DNA of 64,000 bases from Vulcanimicrobiota bacterium (GTDB lineage Bacteria > Vulcanimicrobiota > Vulcanimicrobiia > Vulcanimicrobiales > Vulcanimicrobiaceae). Made by a program: the position numbers and the translations under genes. How positions within the stretch are numbered: the first letter of the stretch is position 1; every line of letters starts with the position of its first letter. The notes beneath the pieces are model-generated. The model worked only from the letters and a program-made list of their open reading frames with translations. It was not told the DNA's origin and did no database searches. Below, one piece after another: positions 18,124 through 27,228 of the stretch. The DNA lies in the NCBI GenBank assembly GCA_963701255.1, contig OY969579.1, positions 2,669,702 to 2,733,701 on the forward strand, in the 5' to 3' direction.

Positions 18124-18909
18124 ATGATGCGAGCCCTTTACACCTCCGCGAGCGGCATGGAGGCGCAGACCTACAACATCGACACGATCTCGAACAACCT
18201 CGCGAACGTCGGCACCACCGGCTTCCGCAAGAATATGGCGCGTTTCCAGGACTTGATCTATCAGCAGTTGAGCGCGCCGGGAACGCCCGTCGGTGCGGCC
18301 GTGGTTCCGGTCGGCCAGCAAGTCGGCTTGGGCGTCGCGGTCGGCTCCTCGGAGAAGATCTTCACGCAAGGCACGCTGCAGCAGACGGACAATCCGCTCG
18401 ATGTCGCAATCCAAGGCGACGGGTTCTTCCAAGTGGCACTGCCTGACGGCACCACCGCCTACACGCGCGACGGCTCGTTCAAGCTCGATGCAACCGGCCA
18501 GATCGTCACCGCCAACGGCTACTTCGTGACGCCGAACATCACGGTTCCCACGAACGCGACGGCCGTGCAGGTCGGCAGCGACGGGACGGTCTCGGCGACC
18601 ATCCCCGGTCAGTCGACGCCGCAAACCCTGGGTCAGATCCAGCTCGTACGATTCGTCAATCCGGCCGGCCTCACGCCGTACGGTCAGAACCTACTCCAGC
18701 AAACCGGCGCGTCGGGCGCACCGACCGTTTCGACACCGGGTCTGAACGGTGCCGGGACGCTCCAAGGCGGCTATACCGAGGCCAGCAACGTCTCGGTGGT
18801 CCAGGAGATCGTCAACATGATCACCGCGCAGCGTGCGTACGAGGCGTCCTCCAAGGGCGTCACCACCGCGAACGAGATGCTGCAAACCGCCGTCAACATG
18901 AAGCAATAA
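18124..18909 (+). CDS. flgG: flagellar distal rod protein FlgG
   Basis: MRALYTSASGMEAQ...ISNNLANVGTTGFR, GDGFFQV and C-terminal NVSVVQEIVNMITAQRAYEA. 261 aa, canonical FlgG. Confidence 0.95.
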   Translation: MMRALYTSASGMEAQTYNIDTISNNLANVGTTGFRKNMARFQDLIYQQLSAPGTPVGAAVVPVGQQVGLGVAVGSSEKIFTQGTLQQTDNPLDVAIQGDGFFQVALPDGTTAYTRDGSFKLDATGQIVTANGYFVTPNITVPTNATAVQVGSDGTVSATIPGQSTPQTLGQIQLVRFVNPAGLTPYGQNLLQQTGASGAPTVSTPGLNGAGTLQGGYTEASNVSVVQEIVNMITAQRAYEASSKGVTTANEMLQTAVNMKQ

Positions 18910-18911
18910 CG

Positions 18912-19622
18912 ATGCGCCGTTTCGTCCCGGCAATCGTTCTGGCGGCACTGGTCGCGACGTTCGCTTCGGCGAACGCGACGGCCCTGCGCGTCCAAACGGT
19001 GCCGGGCGAACGCATCGCCGCGATCGCCGATCGCATCGCCGCCAGTCTGGTGGGCGGAGCGGATCGTACGCTCACGCCCGCCTTCAAGATATTCGATCAA
19101 ACGGTCCCGGCCGGGACGGTGTCGATCCAGACCGGCGCGCCGCAGGTGAACGCGAGCTACGTCGCCGTCCCGCTCACGATCAACGTCGACGGCAAACCGG
19201 CGCGTTCGCTGGTCGCCGGCTATCGGGTAACGACGTACCTCACGACCACCGTCGCGGCGCACGATCTGTTGCCCGGCACGGTGCTCGCGGACGGCGATCT
19301 GGTCATGCAGCGCGTCGCGTATAGCGGCCGGTTAGGGACCGATCGTTCGCTATTGATCGGCCGCCAAATCCATACCACGGTGCCGCACGGAGCTCTGGTT
19401 TATCTCGAGCAGACGACCGCGGTGCAACTCGTCAAGGCCGGTCAACCGGCGATTCTGATCGTTCGCGACGGTCCGGTCTCGCTCTCGGCCGACGTCGTCG
19501 CGCGCACCGGTGGTGCGCTCGGCGAGTCGGTCAGCGTCTGGAATCCCCAGACGCAACGTGCCCTCTCCGGCGTCGTGACCGGTCCCAATATCGTCGAACT
19601 CATTCTCCCGGGGTCAATCTAG
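18912..19622 (+). CDS. flgA: flagellar P-ring assembly chaperone FlgA
   Basis: Signal peptide and a SAF/FlgA-type C-terminus (VKAGQPAILIVRDGPVSLSADVVARTGGALGESVSVWNPQT). Positioned between flgG and flgH. Confidence 0.85.
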   Translation: MRRFVPAIVLAALVATFASANATALRVQTVPGERIAAIADRIAASLVGGADRTLTPAFKIFDQTVPAGTVSIQTGAPQVNASYVAVPLTINVDGKPARSLVAGYRVTTYLTTTVAAHDLLPGTVLADGDLVMQRVAYSGRLGTDRSLLIGRQIHTTVPHGALVYLEQTTAVQLVKAGQPAILIVRDGPVSLSADVVARTGGALGESVSVWNPQTQRALSGVVTGPNIVELILPGSI

Positions 19623-20258
19623 ATGAAGAAGATATCTACGCTCGCCATGAGGCTCGCAGCCGCCGTTTTGGGCGCGACCGTACTGGCGACGGCCGGCCTG
19701 GCCACGGCCGGAACAGCCCTGGCCGACACGCTCTACGTTGCCGCGCCGCCCGCGGCCGCGCCCGGACATCCGCTTCGTTTGGTCAGCGATCACAAGGCCA
19801 GCCAAGTAGGCGATCTGGTCGCGGTCGTGTTCGACTTCAGCACCGCAGCTTCGCGGTCGTATCAATCGTCGACGGCCAAGGGCTACAGCGCGAGCCAAGG
19901 CGGCGGCCAGGGGCTCTTGAGCTTGCCGCTGCTGCGCCTGGGCGGAAGTGCCACCGGGTCGACCGCCTCGAACGCGAGCGACGCCAAGAGCGACGCCAGT
20001 TCGTTCGTTTCGTCGATGATGGCGACGGTCACCAACGTACTTCCGTCGGGTGCGCTGCAACTGGAAGGCGATCAAGAGATCTTCATCAACGGCGAGAAGC
20101 AGAAGCTCCACGTCATCGGCTATGCGCGCCCGGATGACATCGACAGCGCGGACTCGATCGCGTCGACGCGGCTCTCGAACGTCTCGGCGACGTATTCGGG
20201 GAACGATACCAAAGATCATAGGGGCATCCTGCGCAAAGTGCTGGACGTGCTCTTCTGA
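19623..20258 (+). CDS. flgH: flagellar L-ring protein FlgH
   Basis: Signal peptide, then DHKASQVGDLV, VTNVLPSGAL.LEG....INGE and ARPDDI...SI.S..LSN. This implies an outer membrane. Confidence 0.9.
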   Translation: MKKISTLAMRLAAAVLGATVLATAGLATAGTALADTLYVAAPPAAAPGHPLRLVSDHKASQVGDLVAVVFDFSTAASRSYQSSTAKGYSASQGGGQGLLSLPLLRLGGSATGSTASNASDAKSDASSFVSSMMATVTNVLPSGALQLEGDQEIFINGEKQKLHVIGYARPDDIDSADSIASTRLSNVSATYSGNDTKDHRGILRKVLDVLF

Positions 20259-21379
20259 TGAAACGATTTGCTGCTGCGGCCTTCGCCGCGACACTCATCC
20301 TCGGAGCGCTCGCTCCGCTGCGGGCGCAAGGCGTTCTGCTCAAGGACATGGTCCACGTTCAAGGCGTCACCGCCAACCAGCTCATCGGCTACGGCTTGGT
20401 GACGGGTCTGGGCGGGACGGGCGATTCGACTTCGGTCATCTCGACCTCGAAGACGATCCAGAACGTGCTCCAGAATTTCAACCTCTCGACGCTGACATCG
20501 GACTTGCGCACGCGCAACGTCGCCGCGGTCATCGTTACGGCGAAGTTGCCGCCCTTCGCGCACTCGGGCGACAACATCGACATCACGGTGTCATCGATGG
20601 GCGACGCGACGAGTTTGCAGGGCGGGACGCTCATCCTCACCGAGCTCAAAGCGGCCAACAACCTGGTCTACGCGACGGCGCAAGGCCCCGTCTCGGTCGG
20701 CGGGTTCTCGATCAGCGAATCGGGCGCCGGCAACAACTCGATCACGAAGAATTTCACCGCAGCCGGCCGGGTTCCCCAGGGCGGCATCATCGCACGCGAC
20801 ATGATCACCAACATCCAGCAGGACCCCAAGGGGTTCTCGTACGTCCTGACCACGCCGGATTACAAATCGGCGGCCCGCGTCGCCGAGGTCATCAACGGCC
20901 ACTTCGGTTCCGGTACGGCGCATGCGCTCGACGCGGAAACCGTGCGCGTGAATCTCCCCGCGCGGTATACCAACGACCCGGTGGCGTTTCTCGCCGACGC
21001 AAGTGACTTGCGGCTCGATGCGGATCAAGTCGCCAAGGTCGTGATCAACGAACGTACCGGCACGATCGTGTTCGGCGGCGACATCACCCTCGCGCCCGTC
21101 GCGATCGCGCACGGCAATCTCTCGATTACGATCGCGACGAACAATACCGCCGTGCCGGCCAACTCGTTCACGACGAATGCTCCGACCGTCAACCAGCGCA
21201 ACACGACCGTAACCGCGACCGAGGGCGGCCGCAAGTTGATCTACATCAGCGGTGCCGCGACCTTGGGTCAGGTCGTGCGCGCCCTCAACACGATCGGCGT
21301 GTCGCCGCGCGATCTGATCGCGATCGTACAGTCGCTGCGCGAGTCCGGCTCGCTCCAAGCGGATTTGGACATCATCTGA
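20258..21379 (+). CDS. flgI: flagellar P-ring protein FlgI
   Basis: Signal peptide and GYGLVTGLGGTGDS, VSSMGDATSLQGGTL, NERTGTIV and LRESGSLQADL motifs. 1-nt overlap with flgH. Confidence 0.95.
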   Translation: MKRFAAAAFAATLILGALAPLRAQGVLLKDMVHVQGVTANQLIGYGLVTGLGGTGDSTSVISTSKTIQNVLQNFNLSTLTSDLRTRNVAAVIVTAKLPPFAHSGDNIDITVSSMGDATSLQGGTLILTELKAANNLVYATAQGPVSVGGFSISESGAGNNSITKNFTAAGRVPQGGIIARDMITNIQQDPKGFSYVLTTPDYKSAARVAEVINGHFGSGTAHALDAETVRVNLPARYTNDPVAFLADASDLRLDADQVAKVVINERTGTIVFGGDITLAPVAIAHGNLSITIATNNTAVPANSFTTNAPTVNQRNTTVTATEGGRKLIYISGAATLGQVVRALNTIGVSPRDLIAIVQSLRESGSLQADLDII

Positions 21380-21381
21380 CC

Positions 21382-21741
21382 ATGTCGAACATCACGAACA
21401 CGAATGGTACCGCGGCCGCCGCAAAAGCGGCACCGCTCACCTCCGACCAGCAGCAAGCGCTCAAACGCTTGCACGCCGCCGCTCAGCAATTCGAGTCGGT
21501 CTTCGTCGACATGCTCTTCAAGGAGATGCGCAAGAGCGCGCCGCCGGTCTCCCTGACGGGCCAGACCTCGAACGCCGATGCGATGTTCACCGATATGCTG
21601 GACGAAAAGCGCTCGGAAGACATGGCCAAGACCGGTTCCTTCGGCATCGCCAAGATGCTGGAGTCTCAACTCAAGGCCTCCGTGCTCGCCAACCCGCAGG
21701 CAGCGCTCAAGACCCGCAGGCTCGGCGAGGGCGAATTCTGA
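21382..21741 (+). CDS. FlgJ-like rod-binding protein (N-terminal domain only, no muramidase)
   Basis: 119 aa. FESVFVDMLFKEMRKS...MFTDMLDEK..EDMAKTGSFGIAKML matches the rod-binding domain of FlgJ. There is no glucosaminidase or peptidase part. Confidence 0.8.
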   Translation: MSNITNTNGTAAAAKAAPLTSDQQQALKRLHAAAQQFESVFVDMLFKEMRKSAPPVSLTGQTSNADAMFTDMLDEKRSEDMAKTGSFGIAKMLESQLKASVLANPQAALKTRRLGEGEF

Positions 21742-21762
21742 TGCGGAAACGAAACGCTCCGC

Positions 21763-21790
21763 TAAAGTCGGACCCGCGAGGCTCCGACAC
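21763..21790 (+). promoter_or_regulatory. sigma28-type promoter candidate upstream of flgM
   Basis: TAAA(21763-21766)-N16-TCCGACAC(21783-21790). It shares CTAAAGT and the CCGA core with the other two candidates and ends 38 nt before the flgM ATG. Confidence 0.4.
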
Positions 21791-21828
21791 TATTCCTAGC
21801 AAGAGAGCATGGGGGAACGTCGCTAGTT

Positions 21829-22125
21829 ATGATCATCAGCCAGGCCGAGATCGAGTCAGTCGTCTCAGCCTATCGCACGTCGGCGAAGAAGAAGCGGCTG
21901 CGGGTCGACTCGATTGCATTCGATACGGCGGATTCCTACGAGGGAACCGGCGCCACGGCGATGCTCTCTGCCATGTCCAGCGAAGTGATGGCCGAACCGT
22001 TTTATCGCTCCGCGCTGGTCGCGGATCTGAGACGGCGCATCGCCGAGGGACGGTACTACGTCCCGGCCGATCAGATCGTCGAGAAATTGCTCGGGCGGCT
22101 CGTCGCCACGGCGATTCCCGGCTAG
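21829..22125 (+). CDS. flgM: anti-sigma-28 factor FlgM
   Basis: 98 aa. The C-terminal LVADLRRRIAEGRYYVPADQIVEKLL matches the FlgM sigma28-binding helices, and it lies ahead of flgN-flgK-flgL. Confidence 0.8.
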   Translation: MIISQAEIESVVSAYRTSAKKKRLRVDSIAFDTADSYEGTGATAMLSAMSSEVMAEPFYRSALVADLRRRIAEGRYYVPADQIVEKLLGRLVATAIPG

Positions 22126-22183
22126 CAGGTTTCATCAAGGACGAGTCTGCCAATGTGCGGGCCGCCGTTGGAGGACTACGTTG

Positions 22184-22666
22184 ATGGCTACCGATAGCTG
22201 GCGGAACTTCGGCGATAACCTCGTCGCGGAGAACAAGGCGCTCGCCCAGCTCGGCACGGCCACGCTGGAGTTGACGCAGGCACTCGTCGGCGGCAAGCCC
22301 GCCGACATCGAGGCCGCCGACAAGAAAGTCAACGCCTATCGCGTCGTCTTCCTGGTTGCGCACGACCGGCGCATCCAGTTGCAGACCCGCGGTTTCGGCG
22401 ATCTTGAATTGCAGAAGGTCTGCGTGTACGCGCCGGCCGCGATGCGCCGGCCGCTGGTTGCTCTTGTCAAAGACATGGAGATCCGCGGCATCGCGCTCCA
22501 ACTCACCGTTTCCAACAACAAAGCGCTCATTCTCGCCGGGCTCGAGCGCCTGCAACGCACGGTCCGCGTCATCCAAGAGTCGATGACTGAAAAACCCGGT
22601 ACCTATAAACGCCGCGGCATCGTGCCGCCACCCTCGGGAAGTGTTCTCGTGAGCCGCAAAGCATGA
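22184..22666 (+). CDS. flgN: FlgN-like export chaperone for FlgK/FlgL
   Basis: About 160-aa helical protein directly upstream of, and ATGA-coupled to, flgK. The start is ATG 22184 (or TTG 22181). The family call is mostly positional. Confidence 0.65.
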   Translation: MATDSWRNFGDNLVAENKALAQLGTATLELTQALVGGKPADIEAADKKVNAYRVVFLVAHDRRIQLQTRGFGDLELQKVCVYAPAAMRRPLVALVKDMEIRGIALQLTVSNNKALILAGLERLQRTVRVIQESMTEKPGTYKRRGIVPPPSGSVLVSRKA

Positions 22667-24894
22667 GTTTCTTCGCACTCAATATCGCCGGGAACGCACT
22701 CCAAGCGTATACCGAAGCGATGGACGTAACCTCGGACAACATTGCCAACGTGAACACGCCCGGTGCGTCGCGTCAGATCGCACAGATCACGCAGGCGCCG
22801 CCGGTCGCCGGTTCGCCCGGCTATCCCACTAATCTGAGCAATCCGGGAACCCTCGGCGAGGGGGCGCTGGTCAATTCGATCCAGCGCATCCACGAGGACA
22901 GCTTCGATGGACTCTTCCGCGGTGCAACGTCGTCATCGAACTACTATTCGGTGCAGCAGAACCAGCTAACCAACCTCCAAAATCAATTCGGCGAGCCGAA
23001 CAGCGGCGTCAACACGGCCTTTACGACACTGCAGACGTCACTTTCGGATCTGGCGTCGTCACCGACCTCGACCCCCGTACGCTCGAGCGTCATCGCGGCG
23101 GCCCAGGGCTTCGTGAGCGCGCTCAACCAATCCGGCTCGGCGATCCAGAATCAAGAGGCAACCGTCGTTTTGCAAGCGTCGTCGGTCGTCACGCAGGCGA
23201 ACGGCCTCATCGATTCGATCGCGCAGCTCAACGGCGAGATTCGCGCACAAACGGCGGTCGGCAATAACCCGAACACGTATCTCGACCAGCGCGATGGCGA
23301 TATCGACAAGCTCTCGCAATTGGTTTCGGTGACGACCTCGATTCAAGCCAACGGCTCGACGCTCGTGACCGTCAACGGCCAGGCGCTGGTCAACGACACC
23401 AAGTCGTATCATCTAGCGCCGCCGGTGATCGGCACGAACACCGACGGGACGCCCGCGTTCAAGATCGGCTTCGCAAACGATCCCAACACGGCCAACCCGA
23501 ACGCGGTTCCGCTCGGTTCGGGGCAACTCGGCGCGTATGCGGACCTGTATAACAAGAAGTTGATTCCTTACGGCGAGCAGCTTGACAATTTCGCCAACGC
23601 GGCCGCGGGCGAGATCAACCGAATCACCGAGTCCGGCTACGATGAGAACGGCGTTACCGGCACGGCCTTGCTGCAGCCGATCGTGACCACGACCGCAATC
23701 AGTGCCGCCAATATCCAAGTGGGGGTCACGAACCCCTCGCAGATCGTCGCCGGCTTCGTCACGACCGCCGCGATCACGAACTCGGCGTTGCAAGTGAACG
23801 GGTTGAACGCGGCCAACGTCACCACCGACACCGCATCGCAGCTCGACGGCAATCAGACGCTGAGCAATCCCCCTCCGGCGGCCGGCCTAGCGGGTACCTT
23901 GACCGTGACCGTCAACGGCGTGAACCAGACGTTTGCGTACAGCACGAACCCGGCCGTCAATCCGCCGGGAACGCCGCCCGCAACGCCTGGGAACGCGACG
24001 ACGATCGACCAGTTCATCACGAGTTTCAACGGCGCGCAGCTCGGCGTCACGGCATCGTACGACACGGTCGGCCAATCGATCGTCTTTGCCCGCGATCCGA
24101 ACAATACGAGCCTCGCATCGCGAGCGGCGCAACAACAGGCCGGTACGCCGACATCGCCGTCGTTCTCGATCACGGACAGCAACGTTCCGACGGTGCCGGC
24201 CCCCCAGGGCGTCGTTGCGACCTCGCTCTTGCAAGCGGTCGGTGCGACGAACATCGACGGCGTCACCCTCGACTCATCCAACGCCTACGGCCCGAGCGAC
24301 AATAGCGCGGCGAACGCGCTCATCAAGCTCTTCACATTGCCCGTCGGGGTCGGCTCGCTTCAGACGACCATCGGGTCGATCGCATCGGGCACGATCCCGG
24401 GAATCGCCACGATTACGGCACCGGCCGCCAATCCGACGGCCTACGCGACCATCGAGGTCGGCCAGCAATTGACGATCGACGCCGGCTTGCCGACTCAAGA
24501 GAACGTGACGGTCACGGCAATCGACCGGAACACCGGGAGCTTTACGGCAGCCTTCACGCAAGCGCACTTGACGACGCTTCCTCTCCCGCTCCCGCCGGCG
24601 GTTCCCTCGTCGATCACGACCACACCCACCGAAACGCTCGGCGCGGCCTATAGCTCGCTGGTCGGGCTGATGGGGCTCGATCTGTCCACCGCGACGACGG
24701 CTTCAGCGACCCAAACCAACCTCGCAAGCTCGATCGACGCGACGCGCCAGTCGGTCGACGGCATCAATCTCGACGAAGAGACCCAGAATCTGCTCAAGTA
24801 CCAGAACGCCTACGATGCGGCGGCCAAGACGATCAACGTGATCAACACGCTGATTCAAACGGCCCTCACCCTCGGCGGATCGTATTCGGCATAA
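22663..24894 (+). CDS. flgK: flagellar hook-associated protein 1 FlgK (long, 743 aa)
   Basis: The N-terminus SFFALNIAGNALQAY...SDNIANVNTPG and the C-terminus GINLDEETQNLLKYQNAYDAAAK are FlgK hallmarks. The S/T/N-rich central region is very large. Confidence 0.93.
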   Translation: MSFFALNIAGNALQAYTEAMDVTSDNIANVNTPGASRQIAQITQAPPVAGSPGYPTNLSNPGTLGEGALVNSIQRIHEDSFDGLFRGATSSSNYYSVQQNQLTNLQNQFGEPNSGVNTAFTTLQTSLSDLASSPTSTPVRSSVIAAAQGFVSALNQSGSAIQNQEATVVLQASSVVTQANGLIDSIAQLNGEIRAQTAVGNNPNTYLDQRDGDIDKLSQLVSVTTSIQANGSTLVTVNGQALVNDTKSYHLAPPVIGTNTDGTPAFKIGFANDPNTANPNAVPLGSGQLGAYADLYNKKLIPYGEQLDNFANAAAGEINRITESGYDENGVTGTALLQPIVTTTAISAANIQVGVTNPSQIVAGFVTTAAITNSALQVNGLNAANVTTDTASQLDGNQTLSNPPPAAGLAGTLTVTVNGVNQTFAYSTNPAVNPPGTPPATPGNATTIDQFITSFNGAQLGVTASYDTVGQSIVFARDPNNTSLASRAAQQQAGTPTSPSFSITDSNVPTVPAPQGVVATSLLQAVGATNIDGVTLDSSNAYGPSDNSAANALIKLFTLPVGVGSLQTTIGSIASGTIPGIATITAPAANPTAYATIEVGQQLTIDAGLPTQENVTVTAIDRNTGSFTAAFTQAHLTTLPLPLPPAVPSSITTTPTETLGAAYSSLVGLMGLDLSTATTASATQTNLASSIDATRQSVDGINLDEETQNLLKYQNAYDAAAKTINVINTLIQTALTLGGSYSA

Positions 24895-24916
24895 CCGAGA
24901 ATCACGGAGGATTAGC

Positions 24917-26281
24917 ATGCGCATCGCAACATCGACGGTATACGATCAACAGACCGCCTCGATCGACAATCTCGAGGCCCAGTACCAATCGCAGGCCAGC
25001 CAGCTTTCGACGGGCAAGTCGTTCAATGGGCCCGGCGACAATCCAACGATCGTGGGCCAAGATCTCGCCGTGCGCACGACGCTCGCCAACGAGCAGCAGC
25101 AGACGACGAACATCCAGAACGCGACCGCGCAGTTGACGACGACCGACTCCGCCCTCGCGAACCTCACCTCGCTCGTGCAGAGCGCGCGGACGTTGGCCGT
25201 ACAGGGTTCCTCGGACACGCTGTCGCCCCAGGGACGGCAAGCTCTCGGGACCCAGGTCGATCAACTACTGCAGCAAGCCGTCGCCGTAGCGAACACGAAT
25301 TACGGCGGGACCTACATTTTTGCGGGCAGCGCGCAGCCGACGACGGCGCCCGTCACGGCGCAGGGCAACCCGATCAGCGGCGTCACGTTCGCCGGAAACG
25401 AATCGTCGCAAGGACAACTCCTGTACAACGGTCAGAACTTCGCGCTCTCGACGACGCTGCAGCAAGCGTTCAACTACAACGCGGCCGACGGATCGCCCGA
25501 CGTTTTCAGCGTTCTCGCGACCCTGCGCGACACGATGAACACCGGGGATGCGACCGACCAGAGCGCAACGTCCCTCAACAAGGCGAACCAGGTCATTCAG
25601 GGTGCCGGCTCGACGACGCCCTCGACGCTGGGGAACGCGCCGCTCGCGACGCCGCTCACCGCAGATAACAGCGTGCCTGTGCCGCCATCCACCGGGCAAT
25701 ACTCGTTTCAGATCAACAGCACCGACTCGGCCGGCGTACAACACGTCGTGACCTATACGTTCCAGTCGACGGACATCATCGACGGCACGATAACGCCGCC
25801 GGCTACGCAAAGCGTCGTCGGGGCGATCAACGCCAACACCGCTGCAACCGGGATCTCGGCTTCGTTCGATGTGAAGTCGCAGCGCTTGACGCTCACCGGA
25901 GCGAACGGCTCGTCGTTCTATGTTACCGACACGCCCTCACCGGGTGCGACAACGTCTTCGAATTTTGTCGAAGCCTTCGGCTTACAGGGGCAGGCTGACT
26001 ACGCCAGCTCGCTCTCGACGCAGCTCAACAACATCGACAATGTTCTCAACGTCACGCTCAACGCACGGGCGGTCGTCGGTTCGAGAATCGACACGTTGAG
26101 TTCGCTAGGGAATCAAGTCAGTCAAGATTCGACCGATAATACACAAGTACAGTCACAGCTCGAGGACGTCAATGTCGCCTCGGCCACGTCGCAGTTTACG
26201 GCGACGCAAACGGCACTGCAGGCTGCTTTCCAGACGACCACTCGGCTCGAAGGCAAAACGCTCTTCGACTACTTGGCCTAA
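24917..26281 (+). CDS. flgL: flagellar hook-associated protein 3 FlgL
   Basis: MRIATSTVYDQ... N-terminus and a flagellin-like C-terminus (EDVNVASATSQFTATQTALQAAFQTT). 454 aa. Confidence 0.9.
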   Translation: MRIATSTVYDQQTASIDNLEAQYQSQASQLSTGKSFNGPGDNPTIVGQDLAVRTTLANEQQQTTNIQNATAQLTTTDSALANLTSLVQSARTLAVQGSSDTLSPQGRQALGTQVDQLLQQAVAVANTNYGGTYIFAGSAQPTTAPVTAQGNPISGVTFAGNESSQGQLLYNGQNFALSTTLQQAFNYNAADGSPDVFSVLATLRDTMNTGDATDQSATSLNKANQVIQGAGSTTPSTLGNAPLATPLTADNSVPVPPSTGQYSFQINSTDSAGVQHVVTYTFQSTDIIDGTITPPATQSVVGAINANTAATGISASFDVKSQRLTLTGANGSSFYVTDTPSPGATTSSNFVEAFGLQGQADYASSLSTQLNNIDNVLNVTLNARAVVGSRIDTLSSLGNQVSQDSTDNTQVQSQLEDVNVASATSQFTATQTALQAAFQTTTRLEGKTLFDYLA

Positions 26282-26296
26282 GGAATACCAAAGGAG

Positions 26297-26785
26297 ATGC
26301 TCTTGGACGCACGCCAGACCACGACCACGGTCGCGCTACCGAACTTCGGTGAGTGCACGTTTGCCGAGAGCGAGGTCATCAACTTCCCCTGGGGTCTGCC
26401 TGGCTTCGCCGATCTGCACCGCTTTTTGGTGCTCGCGAGCGCGGAACAAGCCGGCTACATCTGGCTGCAGAGCCTCGATGACACCAGCGTCGCCCTGCCG
26501 CTGTGCGATCCGTGGTCGCTCTTCGACGACTATGAAGCACCCCTGCCGCAATATGCCAAGGAGTCGCTCGGGCTCGAGAACCCCGACGACTTCTGTCTGA
26601 TGTGCGTCTGCGTCGTCGCGAAGGGAGCCGTGGAGATGACCATCAACCTGCTGGCACCCGTCGTGATCAACCTCAAGACCCGGGTCGCGCGCCAGGTGAC
26701 CCTCGAGAGCCAGCGCTACTCGCTGCGCACGCCGATCCCGCGCCGGCCCGCCGCCGAGCCTGCCTTAGAGGTCCTCTCGACCTAG
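26297..26785 (+). CDS. fliW: flagellar assembly factor FliW
   Basis: FPWGLPGF.....F.L......Y.WLQS.D....A.P..DPW.....YE and NLLAPVVIN are FliW (DUF180) signatures. Adjacent to csrA. Confidence 0.92.
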   Translation: MLLDARQTTTTVALPNFGECTFAESEVINFPWGLPGFADLHRFLVLASAEQAGYIWLQSLDDTSVALPLCDPWSLFDDYEAPLPQYAKESLGLENPDDFCLMCVCVVAKGAVEMTINLLAPVVINLKTRVARQVTLESQRYSLRTPIPRRPAAEPALEVLST

Positions 26786-26825
26786 CCGGGCAAGGACCGG
26801 GGAACTGCCACGGAGGGCGCCCGAC

Positions 26826-27122
26826 ATGCTCGTACTCTCGCGAAAACTCAATCAGGCGATCATGGTGGGCGACAACGTCCGGATCGTCGTCGTGTCGGTT
26901 GACCGCGACCAGGTCAAGTTGGGCATCGATGCCCCCCGCGAGATCCCCGTCCACCGCTCCGAGGTGTACGAGGAGATCCAGCGCGTGAACCGTGCTGCGG
27001 CGGGTCTTCCCGCCGAACCGTCCGCCGCCCCGTCCACGACGGAGGCGGCGCCCGTGCGCCCCGGGCGCTCGGTGAATCCAGCGGCCCTGAGTCCGCGCCG
27101 GCCACCCAAGAAAAAGAGCTAA
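26826..27122 (+). CDS. csrA: carbon storage regulator CsrA with a ~30-aa C-terminal extension
   Basis: [49 protein letters not shown] is canonical CsrA. It is followed by a tail rich in Ala, Pro and Ser that ends in basic residues (PKKKS). Confidence 0.95.
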   Translation: MLVLSRKLNQAIMVGDNVRIVVVSVDRDQVKLGIDAPREIPVHRSEVYEEIQRVNRAAAGLPAEPSAAPSTTEAAPVRPGRSVNPAALSPRRPPKKKS

Positions 27123-27147
27123 AGTACGGGCCGGTTTGGACCGAAAA
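27120..27147 (+). promoter_or_regulatory. sigma28-type promoter candidate upstream of flagellin
   Basis: TAAA(27120-27123, overlapping the csrA stop)-N16-ACCGAAAA(27140-27147), 6/8 to GCCGATAA. This predicts a leader of about 75-80 nt. Confidence 0.5.
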
Positions 27148-27157
27148 ACCTATGGTA

Positions 27158-27223
27158 GGGCGTCCGGATGACTCCCTCAACGAACTTGGCCATCACACAC
27201 GTGTGTCTACTTTTCATGGAGGA
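27158..27223 (+). promoter_or_regulatory. flagellin 5' leader with two CsrA-type GGA sites and a 12-nt palindrome
   Basis: Hairpin GGGCGTC-CGGAT-GACTCCC (27158-27176) puts GGA in the loop. The palindrome ACACACGTGTGT is at 27195-27206. The SD GGAGGA (27218-27223) contains GGA, 5 nt before ATG 27229. Confidence 0.5.
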
Positions 27224-27228
27224 ACCCA

